From contig CAZIWN010000001.1 in assembly GCA_964543265.1 (NCBI GenBank), positions 232,977-296,976 of the forward strand: DNA of 64,000 nucleotides, in the 5' to 3' direction. A program made the translations under genes and the position numbers. This document shows, in pieces, positions 28,065-35,822 of this stretch. How positions within the stretch are numbered: position 1 is the stretch's first letter; the number at the start of each line of letters is the position of its first letter. Source of the stretch: an uncultured Candidatus Saccharibacteria bacterium. Lineage in GTDB: Bacteria > Patescibacteriota > Minisyncoccia > UBA6257 > 1-14-0-10-40-38. The notes beneath the pieces are model-generated. The model had not been told where the DNA came from, made no database searches, and worked only from the letters and a program-made list of their open reading frames with translations.

Positions 28065-28865
28065 ATGGCAAAAATCTTCATTGCCAACATTCCCGTTTGG
28101 CATGGAGGATTGGTTAAGGTTCTTAGGGGGCTTGGAATTCACGACAAACTAATTGTGATTAGTGCAGAAATAGCAAATGGCCTTGCCGGAGAAGAGATTG
28201 ACGAAAGAAGACTTCCTGATTCAGAAGCTGTTCACTGCGCCAAGCAACACGTCTGGTCCAGGGTGGAACTACTTACTCTTAAAAATATAGAAAAAATAAG
28301 AGATGACAAAGATATTGCCGTAAGCGCCACAGACGACGAAGTTACAAGGCGAGTTATAGCAAAAGTGTTTCCCAAGGCAAGGATCGCTTGGCTTAACACC
28401 TTCTCAAAAGCAGAAAGTGTAGGCAGAGACGCTGTGGTAATAGTCGAAGAAGCATCCGTTCAAGTAAGAGAAATTCGACTAATGATGCTTGCCGAAGCTC
28501 AAGCCAAGCTTTCCCCGCTCAAAGACCTTCTCTCTGGCGCAGTTCTATCCTCAGAAGATGGTCGATTCTTGGGCAAAGCTGGCATCAGACACCTACCCAC
28601 CGAATTCGAGCCATTTCTTGACGACAATCGCCTCTCCATCGCCCATCCGATCGCAATACTCGTTGCCCTGTCTGCCAGAAACGGATTGTCTATTATGGGA
28701 TCGACAATTTACTCCACCGATTTTCCTTGCACCACTTGCGCTAAGATCATAGGTGTTTCCGGAATAAAGACTGTTTTTGTAAAATACGGAAACAATACAA
28801 GAAGCCTGCAAATACTCCGCGCCTTTGGAGTAAAAGTAATAAGAATTGTGTCCAAAAAAGACTAG
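28065..28865 (+). CDS. cytidine/dCMP-deaminase-fold protein with atypical active site (HPI instead of HAE; PCTTC retained)
   Basis: C-terminus AHPIAILVAL...FPCTTCAKIIGVSGIKTVFV aligns to the dCMP deaminase HAE...PCxxC...GIK..VY pattern. About 45% GC. Confidence 0.45.
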   Translation: MAKIFIANIPVWHGGLVKVLRGLGIHDKLIVISAEIANGLAGEEIDERRLPDSEAVHCAKQHVWSRVELLTLKNIEKIRDDKDIAVSATDDEVTRRVIAKVFPKARIAWLNTFSKAESVGRDAVVIVEEASVQVREIRLMMLAEAQAKLSPLKDLLSGAVLSSEDGRFLGKAGIRHLPTEFEPFLDDNRLSIAHPIAILVALSARNGLSIMGSTIYSTDFPCTTCAKIIGVSGIKTVFVKYGNNTRSLQILRAFGVKVIRIVSKKD

Positions 28866-28905
28866 TGCCAAGTTACCGCATGCGGTAACTTGGCACTGTT
28901 TTTTT
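28864..28905 (+). terminator. 34-bp perfect palindrome plus T-run (terminator of 28065..28865)
   Basis: agtgccaagttaccgcatgcggtaacttggcact then gttttttt. Confidence 0.75.
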
Positions 28906-29158
28906 ACTGCTGACGAAAGTATCCGGCTGGCCTGGTGTGAGAGCCATCTGGTGGACGCCTTGGTGGAGTATATCCACAGCCATTACACATCCGTAGACGA
29001 GCATCAATATTTGTAGATTTGCATTTTGGACAACAATCAACAGAGATAGCAGTCGATACAGCCGGCTTCTTCTCCGAAGACTTACATCCAGTAATACAAC
29101 AACCATTTCGGTTGAGTTCCCGAAACGCTCTGCAAATTTTACAAAGTCCTGTAGCCAT
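28904..29158 (-). CDS. Cys-rich 84-aa zinc-ribbon-like protein
   Basis: 14 Cys (CKIC, CC..GC, CCPKC, CNGCG). Strong SD aaggggagg before the ATG. Preferred over the overlapping 113-aa frame. Confidence 0.4.
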   Translation of the reverse strand: MATGLCKICRAFRELNRNGCCITGCKSSEKKPAVSTAISVDCCPKCKSTNIDARLRMCNGCGYTPPRRPPDGSHTRPAGYFRQQ

Positions 29159-29297
29159 CTGACCTCCCCTTGTCTAAGAAAGAATTCCTTGTTCTGCAGT
29201 TTAGGATAAAACAAAACACCAAACTCTTACAAGCCCTCAATCATTACAAAAATATTATAAACATTGATTATCATACTTAATAATGTAGAATCGTAAT

Positions 29298-29972
29298 ATG
29301 GCACTATCAGACAAGAGAATATTGGAAGCAAAAGAAAAAGGAGATATTTTAATTCATCCTTTTGATAAAAAAAACTTAGCCACTTCAAGCTACGACGTTA
29401 CTTTAGGCGAATTCTATTTTCGCGAACAAATTCCAGACAAATATCACAATAAAATCTATAATATTTGGGACAAAAACCACATCGACAGAGTTTGGGGCGT
29501 AAATTTTCACAAAGCTATAACCGCCAAAGAAGCTTTTAAAAATTTTAATTTTGAATTTAACAACTTAAAACCAACCGAAAAAGTAATTCTTTTAGAACCA
29601 GGGGAAACAATTTTAGCTCACACCAACGAATTTATTGGTGGTCTAAACCACATCACCACCATGATGAAAGCTCGTTCTTCTCTTGGAAGAAGTTTTATAG
29701 AAGTTTGTAAATGTGCCGGCTGGGGCGACGTTGGCTACGTTAATCGTTGGACCATGGAAATTACTAACAATTCAAAAAGTTATATTATTCCACTCGTAGT
29801 TGGCAGAAGAATAGCTCAAATCATTTTCTTTGAAACTGGTGAAATTTTAGGCAGCGACTACACAAAAACAGGAAAATATAACACGACAACAGATTTAGAA
29901 AAATTAAAAAAAGAATGGAATCCATTTATGATGCTTCCAAGATTAGATAAGGATCGAGATATTAAAAAATAA
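29298..29972 (+). CDS. dcd: dCTP deaminase (Dcd/dUTPase superfamily)
   Basis: N-terminus MALSDKRIL..SSYDVTLG and core SSLGRSF..GWGDVG..WTMEITN align to E. coli Dcd. Confidence 0.75.
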   Translation: MALSDKRILEAKEKGDILIHPFDKKNLATSSYDVTLGEFYFREQIPDKYHNKIYNIWDKNHIDRVWGVNFHKAITAKEAFKNFNFEFNNLKPTEKVILLEPGETILAHTNEFIGGLNHITTMMKARSSLGRSFIEVCKCAGWGDVGYVNRWTMEITNNSKSYIIPLVVGRRIAQIIFFETGEILGSDYTKTGKYNTTTDLEKLKKEWNPFMMLPRLDKDRDIKK

Positions 29973-29990
29973 ATTTCATTCTAATTATAA

Positions 29991-30818
29991 ATGAAAATTT
30001 ATAACGATGTTCTAAAAAAAATCTTAGAAAACGGCGTTGATAGAAAAGGTAGAAATGCTATGACTCGCGCACTTTTTGCAATTCAAATGCGTTTTAACTT
30101 AGAAGATGGATTTCCAGCCGTAACCACTAAACAATTAGCGTTTAATGGAGTAAAAAGCGAATTACTTTGGTTTTTAGAAGGTAGTAATAGCGACGAAAGA
30201 TTAAAAGAGATTTTAGGAAAAGATCGCACAATTTGGACCGATAATGCTAATGCTCCATATTGGATAGATAAAGCAAAATTTCCAGGAGATCTCGGAAGAA
30301 TTTATGGAGTTCAATGGAGGCACTGGAAAAGAACAGACGGAAAAGAAGTAGATCAAATAGCTCATCTTATTAATAAACTAAAAACAGACCCAAACGATCG
30401 TCGCCTGGTAGTTACCTCCTGGAATCCAGGAGAATTAGATCAAATGGCCCTCCCTCCTTGTCATATGATTTTTCAATTCTTTGCCGCTAATGGAAAACTT
30501 TCTTTACACATGACTCAACGCAGTTGCGATATGTTTTTGGGGGTTCCGTTTAATATCGCCTCTTATTCGCTGCTCTTAGCCATGATTGCGCAAGTGGTTA
30601 ACATGACTCCACACGAGTTTGTAATCACCCTCAATGATGCTCATATTTATCACGAACATTTTGATGCAGTAAAAGAACAATTATCCAGAGAACCAAAAAA
30701 ACTGCCAAAACTTTGGCTAAATCCAGAAATTAAAGATATAAATAAATTTACAATGGATGATATTAAGCTTGTAGACTATGAACACTATCCAACTATCAAA
30801 GCCAAAATGATAGTTTAA
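29991..30818 (+). CDS. thyA: thymidylate synthase
   Basis: QMRFNLEDGFPAVTTK, catalytic PPCH, RSCDMFLGVPFNIASY. Asn at the dUMP-specificity position. Confidence 0.9.
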   Translation: MKIYNDVLKKILENGVDRKGRNAMTRALFAIQMRFNLEDGFPAVTTKQLAFNGVKSELLWFLEGSNSDERLKEILGKDRTIWTDNANAPYWIDKAKFPGDLGRIYGVQWRHWKRTDGKEVDQIAHLINKLKTDPNDRRLVVTSWNPGELDQMALPPCHMIFQFFAANGKLSLHMTQRSCDMFLGVPFNIASYSLLLAMIAQVVNMTPHEFVITLNDAHIYHEHFDAVKEQLSREPKKLPKLWLNPEIKDINKFTMDDIKLVDYEHYPTIKAKMIV

Positions 30819-30822
30819 AATA

Positions 30823-30851
30823 AAAAAACCGCCATCTCGGCGGTTTTTTTA
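30823..30851. terminator. bidirectional terminator between thyA and rplK
   Basis: aaaaaaaccgccatctcggcggttttttt. Confidence 0.7.
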
Positions 30852-30853
30852 TT

Positions 30854-31279
30854 TTAGTCTTTAACCTCAATACCCATATTCTTTGCTGTTCCTGCGATAA
30901 TTCTCACAGCAGCATCGATATTATCCGTATTTAAATCGGCTTTCTTCTTTTCAGCTATATCCCTTAAATCAGCTTTAGTAACTGTTCCAACTTTTGTTTT
31001 ATTTGGAACTCCAGATCCTTTTTCAATCTTAGCTGCCTTCTTAAGCAAAGATGAAGCTGGAGGGGTTTTTAATATGAAACTAAACGATCTATCTTCATAA
31101 ATAGTGATAACTGCTGGCACAACATCTCCAACCATTTCCTTGGTTTTATCATTAAATTCCTTACAAAAACCAGCGATATTAATACCCTGTGGTCCGAGAG
31201 CTGTTCCTATTGGTGGTTGAGGAGTAGCCTTACCTGCCTCTATTTGAAGTTTTATTACTGCCTTAATTCCTTTTGCCAT
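30854..31279 (-). CDS. rplK: 50S ribosomal protein L11
   Basis: [35 protein letters not shown]. Start trimmed to MAKGIK. Confidence 0.9.
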   Translation of the reverse strand: MAKGIKAVIKLQIEAGKATPQPPIGTALGPQGINIAGFCKEFNDKTKEMVGDVVPAVITIYEDRSFSFILKTPPASSLLKKAAKIEKGSGVPNKTKVGTVTKADLRDIAEKKKADLNTDNIDAAVRIIAGTAKNMGIEVKD

Positions 31280-31407
31280 GTTTTTATTGTTTATACATAA
31301 TACATCGAACAAATTTAAAAATCAAACGCCAAAACAAAAAACCAACAATATTAAGATTTTTCATAAATACAGCCTAATTTTTCAATCTTGAAATATTAAA
31401 TAGTTAT

Positions 31408-31488
31408 ATGCAAGGCTTGGCCGAGAAGCGAACCGAGATGTACTAAATATTAGTACTTCGAGGGAGCATCGGAGGCCGTAACGAAGCA
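31408..31488 (+). repeat. intergenic structured repeat, copy 5 (long subfamily, central palindrome gtactaaatattagtac)
   Basis: atgCAAGGCTTGGCCGAGAAGCGAACCGAGATGTACTAAATATTAGTACTTCGAGGGAGCATCGGAGGCCGTAACGAAGCA. Flanks aaatagttat / gatagctattt are inverted. Confidence 0.8.
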
Positions 31489-31512
31489 GATAGCTATTTA
31501 AAATTTCAAAAA

Positions 31513-32166
31513 CTAAAGCTTTTGGACTTGCAAACTGTCTAACTCTACGGAAGTCTCTCTGCCGAATATAGTAACCAATACCTTTATCTTGCCTTTTTCA
31601 GCGTCAATTTCAGAAATCTTAGCATCATAATCCTTAAAAGGACCATCGGTAATCTTAATCATATCACCGACTTTCATATCAATATTAAACTTCATCTCCT
31701 TACCCTCCATCTTACCCATCAATTCCTCTATTTCTTTTCTTGAAAGTGGGCTTGGCATAGTTGATTCAGCACCAACGAACCCTGTAACGCGAGGAGTGTT
31801 TCTAACCACATACCAAGAATCATCAGTCATAATCATATCTACCAAAACATATCCGTGATAAATTTTTTCGTCAGCAACCTTTCTCTTTCCGTTCTTAATC
31901 TTAACTTTTTTCTCTTTTGGAACTAAAACATTAAAAATCTTATCTTCCATTCCCAAAGTTTCAACTCTTTGTTTTAAATACCTAACAACGGCATCTTCAT
32001 AGCCAGAATAGGTATGCACGGCATACCAATTTCTTTCTGAACTATTCTTTTTTCCAACAACATCACTCTCCCTCGCAGGATCAAGTAAATTACCTATTTT
32101 CTCAACTTCCTTATTTCCAGATTCTTCCGTAGGCAAATTTGCTCCAACGTTTAATTCGTCTGCCAT
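31513..32166 (-). CDS. nusG: transcription termination/antitermination factor NusG (about 40-aa acidic N-terminal extension)
   Basis: NGN domain (WYAVHTYSGYE) plus KOW (FKVGDMIKITDGPF). Lies between secE and rplK. Confidence 0.85.
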   Translation of the reverse strand: MADELNVGANLPTEESGNKEVEKIGNLLDPARESDVVGKKNSSERNWYAVHTYSGYEDAVVRYLKQRVETLGMEDKIFNVLVPKEKKVKIKNGKRKVADEKIYHGYVLVDMIMTDDSWYVVRNTPRVTGFVGAESTMPSPLSRKEIEELMGKMEGKEMKFNIDMKVGDMIKITDGPFKDYDAKISEIDAEKGKIKVLVTIFGRETSVELDSLQVQKL

Positions 32167-32173
32167 AAAATTT

Positions 32174-32353
32174 TTAAATTATTGTATTTAAAAGATACCC
32201 GAAAACAAAGTCCATTGCTCCCAAGAAAAAAGCTAAGAAAATAGAAAGTCCGATAACGATCAAGGTAAGCTTTCTGGTTTCTGCAAATGTTGGCCAGTTT
32301 ATTCGCCTAAATTCTTGATGCGCGTCTGCGAAAAACAATTTAATTCTATTCAT
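32174..32353 (-). CDS. secE: preprotein translocase subunit SecE (59 aa; below the ORF-track cutoff)
   Basis: Hand translation gives MNRIKLFFADAHQEFRRINWPTFAETRKLTLIVIGLSIFLAFFLGAMDFVFGYLLNTII. Single TM. Conserved secE-nusG order. Confidence 0.7.
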   Translation of the reverse strand: MNRIKLFFADAHQEFRRINWPTFAETRKLTLIVIGLSIFLAFFLGAMDFVFGYLLNTII

Positions 32354-32500
32354 GGAAATATTATATGATATTACGGCTTAAAACGGCAAATGTCAACCGA
32401 GTAGTAGAAATCCGACTATGGATTTTGTCGCCTTGCGATCAGTCAGATTTTCGCTACCTGGTCAACCTCCCCAGAGATTGTTTCGCGATGATTAATTAAG

Positions 32501-32566
32501 TACAAGGAGCAACGACGAAGCTGTATTTGAGCCATGCGGATACTGCAAGGAGTTGGCGACGTAGTA
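32501..32566 (+). repeat. intergenic structured repeat, copy 6 (short subfamily)
   Basis: tacAAGGAGCAACGACGAAGCTGTATTTGAGCCATGCGGATACTGCAAGGAGTTGGCGACGTAGTA. Flanks attaattaag / aattaattaat are inverted. Confidence 0.8.
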
Positions 32567-32590
32567 ATTAATTAATAAGCGCGAAACACC

Positions 32591-34648
32591 CTATCCGCTG
32601 ATATCGAGATTTTTAACTAGAAGAGCATTAGCCTGTATAAACATTTTCCTAGGCTGAACCTCCTCGCCCATTAAGACATCAAATAATTTATCGGCTGCTT
32701 CAGCATCTTCAACGGCAACCTGGAATAACAATCTATTTGCCGGATTCATTGTCGTCTCCCAAAGCTGATCTGGATTCATCTCTCCTAAACCTTTATATCT
32801 CTGTATACTTATTCCCTTAGTATTACTATCATCAAAAACCTCTTCCACTTGGTCTTTTCCTTCTTTAACATTTTTCGCCTTTGCTTTTTGAGCCTTAATA
32901 TCCTGAAGTTCTTTTACGGTTTTATCTTTTTCTTTATCAGAATAAACATACCTCACCTCCTTTCCAGATTGAACTCTATAAAGTGGTGGTTGGGCAATAT
33001 AAAGATATCCAGCCTCTACAATTGGTTGGAAATATCTATAGAAAAGAGTAAGTAGTAAAGTTCTAATATGAGCTCCGTCAACATCTGCATCTGTCATTAA
33101 AACGATTTTATGATATCTGATTTTTGTAATATCAAACGTGTCAGCTATAGCTGTTCCAATTGCAACAACTAAAGATTTAATCTCTTTATTAAGTAACATC
33201 TTGTCTATTCTAGACTTTTCCACATTTAAAATTTTTCCTCTTAAGGGAAGAATGGCTTGAGTTCTTCTGTCTCTTCCAGATTTTGCAGATCCGCCTGCGC
33301 TATCTCCTTCAACTATAAACAGTTCCGATTCTTCTGGTTTTCTAGAGCTACAATCGGCAAGTTTTCCAGGCAAGGTCAAACCCTCCAAGGCACCCTTTCT
33401 CAAAACCATATCCTTCGCAGCTTTGGCGGCTTTTCTAGCTTTTAAAGCCAAAATACATTTTTCAATAATAGCCTTTCCGTCTTGAGTATTTCTCAATAAG
33501 AAATCTTTCAGAGCTTCGCCAACCACTGCTTCAACCGCAGTCCTCGCCTCAACGCTTCCAAGCTTGGCTTTTGTCTGTCCCTCAAATTGAGGTTCAGGAA
33601 TTTTTACCGAAACAATTCCTATAATTCCCTCTCTAACGTCATCTCCAGAAAAAGCATCTTCATTAGCTTTTAAATATCCTCCATCGCGAGCAAAATCATT
33701 TAATCCCCTAGTTAAAGCCGATCTAAAACCAGTTATGTGAGTTCCTCCATCTGGAGTGTGAATATTATTAGCGAAACTTAATTCTTTTATTTCAAATTCA
33801 TCACCGTAAGTAAAAGCTGCTTCTACTTCTAATTTTTCATAGTCTTTCTTTACATAAAAATTAGACCCTAAAATAGGTTTTCTGGAAGATGCTAAATGAT
33901 TTAGAAAAGAGTTCAATCCACCATCAAAGCAAAATCCAAAATAAGAAATATTTTTACTATCCCTAGCATCAACAACCTCCATTCTGATTCCAGCAGTCAA
34001 AAATGCCTGTTGCCTTAAACGATCTAAAATCTTTTTTAAATCAAAATTGGTATCTGGAAAAATTTCTGGATCTGGCTGGAACATTATCTTGGTTCCAGTT
34101 TTTTCAGATTTTCCAATTTTCTTAACCGGCCCCTGAACTTTTCCTTTTTTATATTCTTGAACATGAACTCCCCCATCTCTTTGAATTTCCGCCTTCATCC
34201 AAGTCGAAAGAGCGCAAACCACAGACGATCCCACTCCATGAAGACCTCCGGAAACCTTATAAGAATCTCCTCCGAATTTTCCTCCAGCGTGAAGCGTGGT
34301 TAAAACTGTTTCAAGTGTAGATTTTTTTGTTTGCGGATGTATTTCAACCGGAATTCCTCTTCCATCGTCAGTTACGGCTACAATATTATCCTCCAACAAC
34401 TCAACGCGGATATTCTTTGCATATCCGGCCATAGCTTCGTCGATTGAGTTGTCTACTATTTCCCAAATTAAGTGGTGCAATCCTTCTGGTCCAGTTGTTC
34501 CAATATACATTCCAGGACGCTTTCTAACAGGATCCAAACCCTCTAATACGAAAATATCCTTCGCTCCATACGACGCCGGTTTTTTATCTTCTTTTTTCGA
34601 TTCCTTTTTATCTTCTTTTTTAACCTCTTCTTGATCGTTTTTTGCCAT
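32591..34648 (-). CDS. gyrB: DNA gyrase subunit B
   Basis: GHKL ATPase (N..D..G motifs), Toprim (EGDSAGG, PLRGKILNVEK), C-terminal tail. Confidence 0.95.
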   Translation of the reverse strand: MAKNDQEEVKKEDKKESKKEDKKPASYGAKDIFVLEGLDPVRKRPGMYIGTTGPEGLHHLIWEIVDNSIDEAMAGYAKNIRVELLEDNIVAVTDDGRGIPVEIHPQTKKSTLETVLTTLHAGGKFGGDSYKVSGGLHGVGSSVVCALSTWMKAEIQRDGGVHVQEYKKGKVQGPVKKIGKSEKTGTKIMFQPDPEIFPDTNFDLKKILDRLRQQAFLTAGIRMEVVDARDSKNISYFGFCFDGGLNSFLNHLASSRKPILGSNFYVKKDYEKLEVEAAFTYGDEFEIKELSFANNIHTPDGGTHITGFRSALTRGLNDFARDGGYLKANEDAFSGDDVREGIIGIVSVKIPEPQFEGQTKAKLGSVEARTAVEAVVGEALKDFLLRNTQDGKAIIEKCILALKARKAAKAAKDMVLRKGALEGLTLPGKLADCSSRKPEESELFIVEGDSAGGSAKSGRDRRTQAILPLRGKILNVEKSRIDKMLLNKEIKSLVVAIGTAIADTFDITKIRYHKIVLMTDADVDGAHIRTLLLTLFYRYFQPIVEAGYLYIAQPPLYRVQSGKEVRYVYSDKEKDKTVKELQDIKAQKAKAKNVKEGKDQVEEVFDDSNTKGISIQRYKGLGEMNPDQLWETTMNPANRLLFQVAVEDAEAADKLFDVLMGEEVQPRKMFIQANALLVKNLDISG

Positions 34649-34824
34649 ATATTATTAAATAAAATAAGCTCTTAATAAGAGTTTTTGAACTACTTAATTA
34701 TATCAAAAAACTGGCCACAAAACAAGCAATTTTTACAAAAGAAAACCACCTACATTACTGTAAGTGGTCGAGGTTGAAACGCTATTTTCAAAAAGTGTCT
34801 ACAAATATCATCACCAAGCCCCTA

Positions 34825-35427
34825 TTATTTCCGTCTAATGAGAGCATAACGGCGGTCGTTCCATTCATCATCCAACCACAAACATCCCCAGAACCACCTG
34901 TAACCGCTCCAAAATAAATGACGAATACATATACCTCCAGCATCATCACGATATCTTGTTCCCCAGAAAAAGATCCATCCGATCCTCTTCCAATCATCGG
35001 GAATGAGCTCTGGGTAGGTAATTAAGTAATCAAGAACATTGGCGTTCAAAACCGGCTCTTTCTCAAGCTCTTTAAGGAGCTTATGGCCTTTAATAACCCT
35101 TCCATTTTGTTGGTTCGGCGAAAGATGCAACACTACAGCCGACAGGTTCCAGTTCAGAACTCCATCTCTTATATGATTTTCCACCTTAAGTCCATCTGGG
35201 ACTAACGGCTTGGCGTCGCAATCGATCTCCCGATTCCGATTATCCGACCCCAAATCAAGTAAATGCCGAAATGCATCTCGATCGACACCATCAACATTTC
35301 CATCTAGTAAATCTGACAATAAACCAGATTCAAGTAGATTCTGTAGGCGTTCTGGAGAAATACGTTTTTCCAGAACCATCTCTAAGATCTTCAAGCCTTG
35401 TGGCAGGGTTGCCAATTTCATTGACAA
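34825..35427 (-). CDS. hypothetical 200-aa protein with Trp-rich C-terminus in a ~45% GC islet
   Basis: ORF with SD AAGGA. Composition atypical for this genome. No family recognised. Confidence 0.3.
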   Translation of the reverse strand: MSMKLATLPQGLKILEMVLEKRISPERLQNLLESGLLSDLLDGNVDGVDRDAFRHLLDLGSDNRNREIDCDAKPLVPDGLKVENHIRDGVLNWNLSAVVLHLSPNQQNGRVIKGHKLLKELEKEPVLNANVLDYLITYPELIPDDWKRIGWIFFWGTRYRDDAGGICIRHLFWSGYRWFWGCLWLDDEWNDRRYALIRRK

Positions 35428-35721
35428 GTCCTTTTAGCTAAGGCGTCGCCGTAATCACTCCAATGCGGAGCAACTTTAGCGGGCCGATTGTGTTGCTTGG
35501 TCATAGCTTAAAAAGCTCATATTTTGTTATTTTTTTACATTAAATATTTTACTCTTTACAAAACACAAGCCCTTAAAGCTATGACCACTTTTATTACCAC
35601 TTTTTAATTAAATTGTAATGTGCTAATTAAATTTATATCACATTAATCCTTAAATGGTCAATTACTAATACACATTACTAAATATATTAGGTAATTATTT
35701 TTTAAATTCAAAAACGGCTAG

Positions 35722-35799
35722 ATGCAAGGCTTGGGCGAGAAGCGATTGAGGTGTATTAATTTAATACTCCGAAAGAGCATCGAAGACCATAACGAAGCA
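35722..35799 (+). repeat. intergenic structured repeat, copy 7 (long subfamily)
   Basis: atgCAAGGCTTGGGCGAGAAGCGATTGAGGTGTATTAATTTAATACTCCGAAAGAGCATCGAAGACCATAACGAAGCA. 24-bp inverted flanks tttaaattcaaaaacggctagatg / cagatggctgtttttcaatttaaa. Confidence 0.8.
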
Positions 35800-35822
35800 G
35801 ATGGCTGTTTTTCAATTTAAAA

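Noticed and set aside
28873-29214. 113-aa minus-strand ORF overlapping the 84-aa Cys-rich ORF
   Set aside because: A different frame of the same region. It has no SD and no motif. The 84-aa frame has aaggggagg-ATG and a coherent Cys pattern.
29991-30818. ThyA homolog as phage-type dCMP/dUMP hydroxymethylase (DNA hypermodification)
   Set aside because: The sequence is collinear with canonical E. coli ThyA, including Asn at the dUMP-specificity position (PFNIASY). There are no adjacent glycosyltransferase or kinase genes.
32501-32566. Small peptide encoded inside the repeat element (ATGCGGATACT... giving MRIL(R/Q)..)
   Set aside because: Frames differ between copies because of indels (for example copy 8 has no ATG and a shifted frame), so there is no conserved coding potential.
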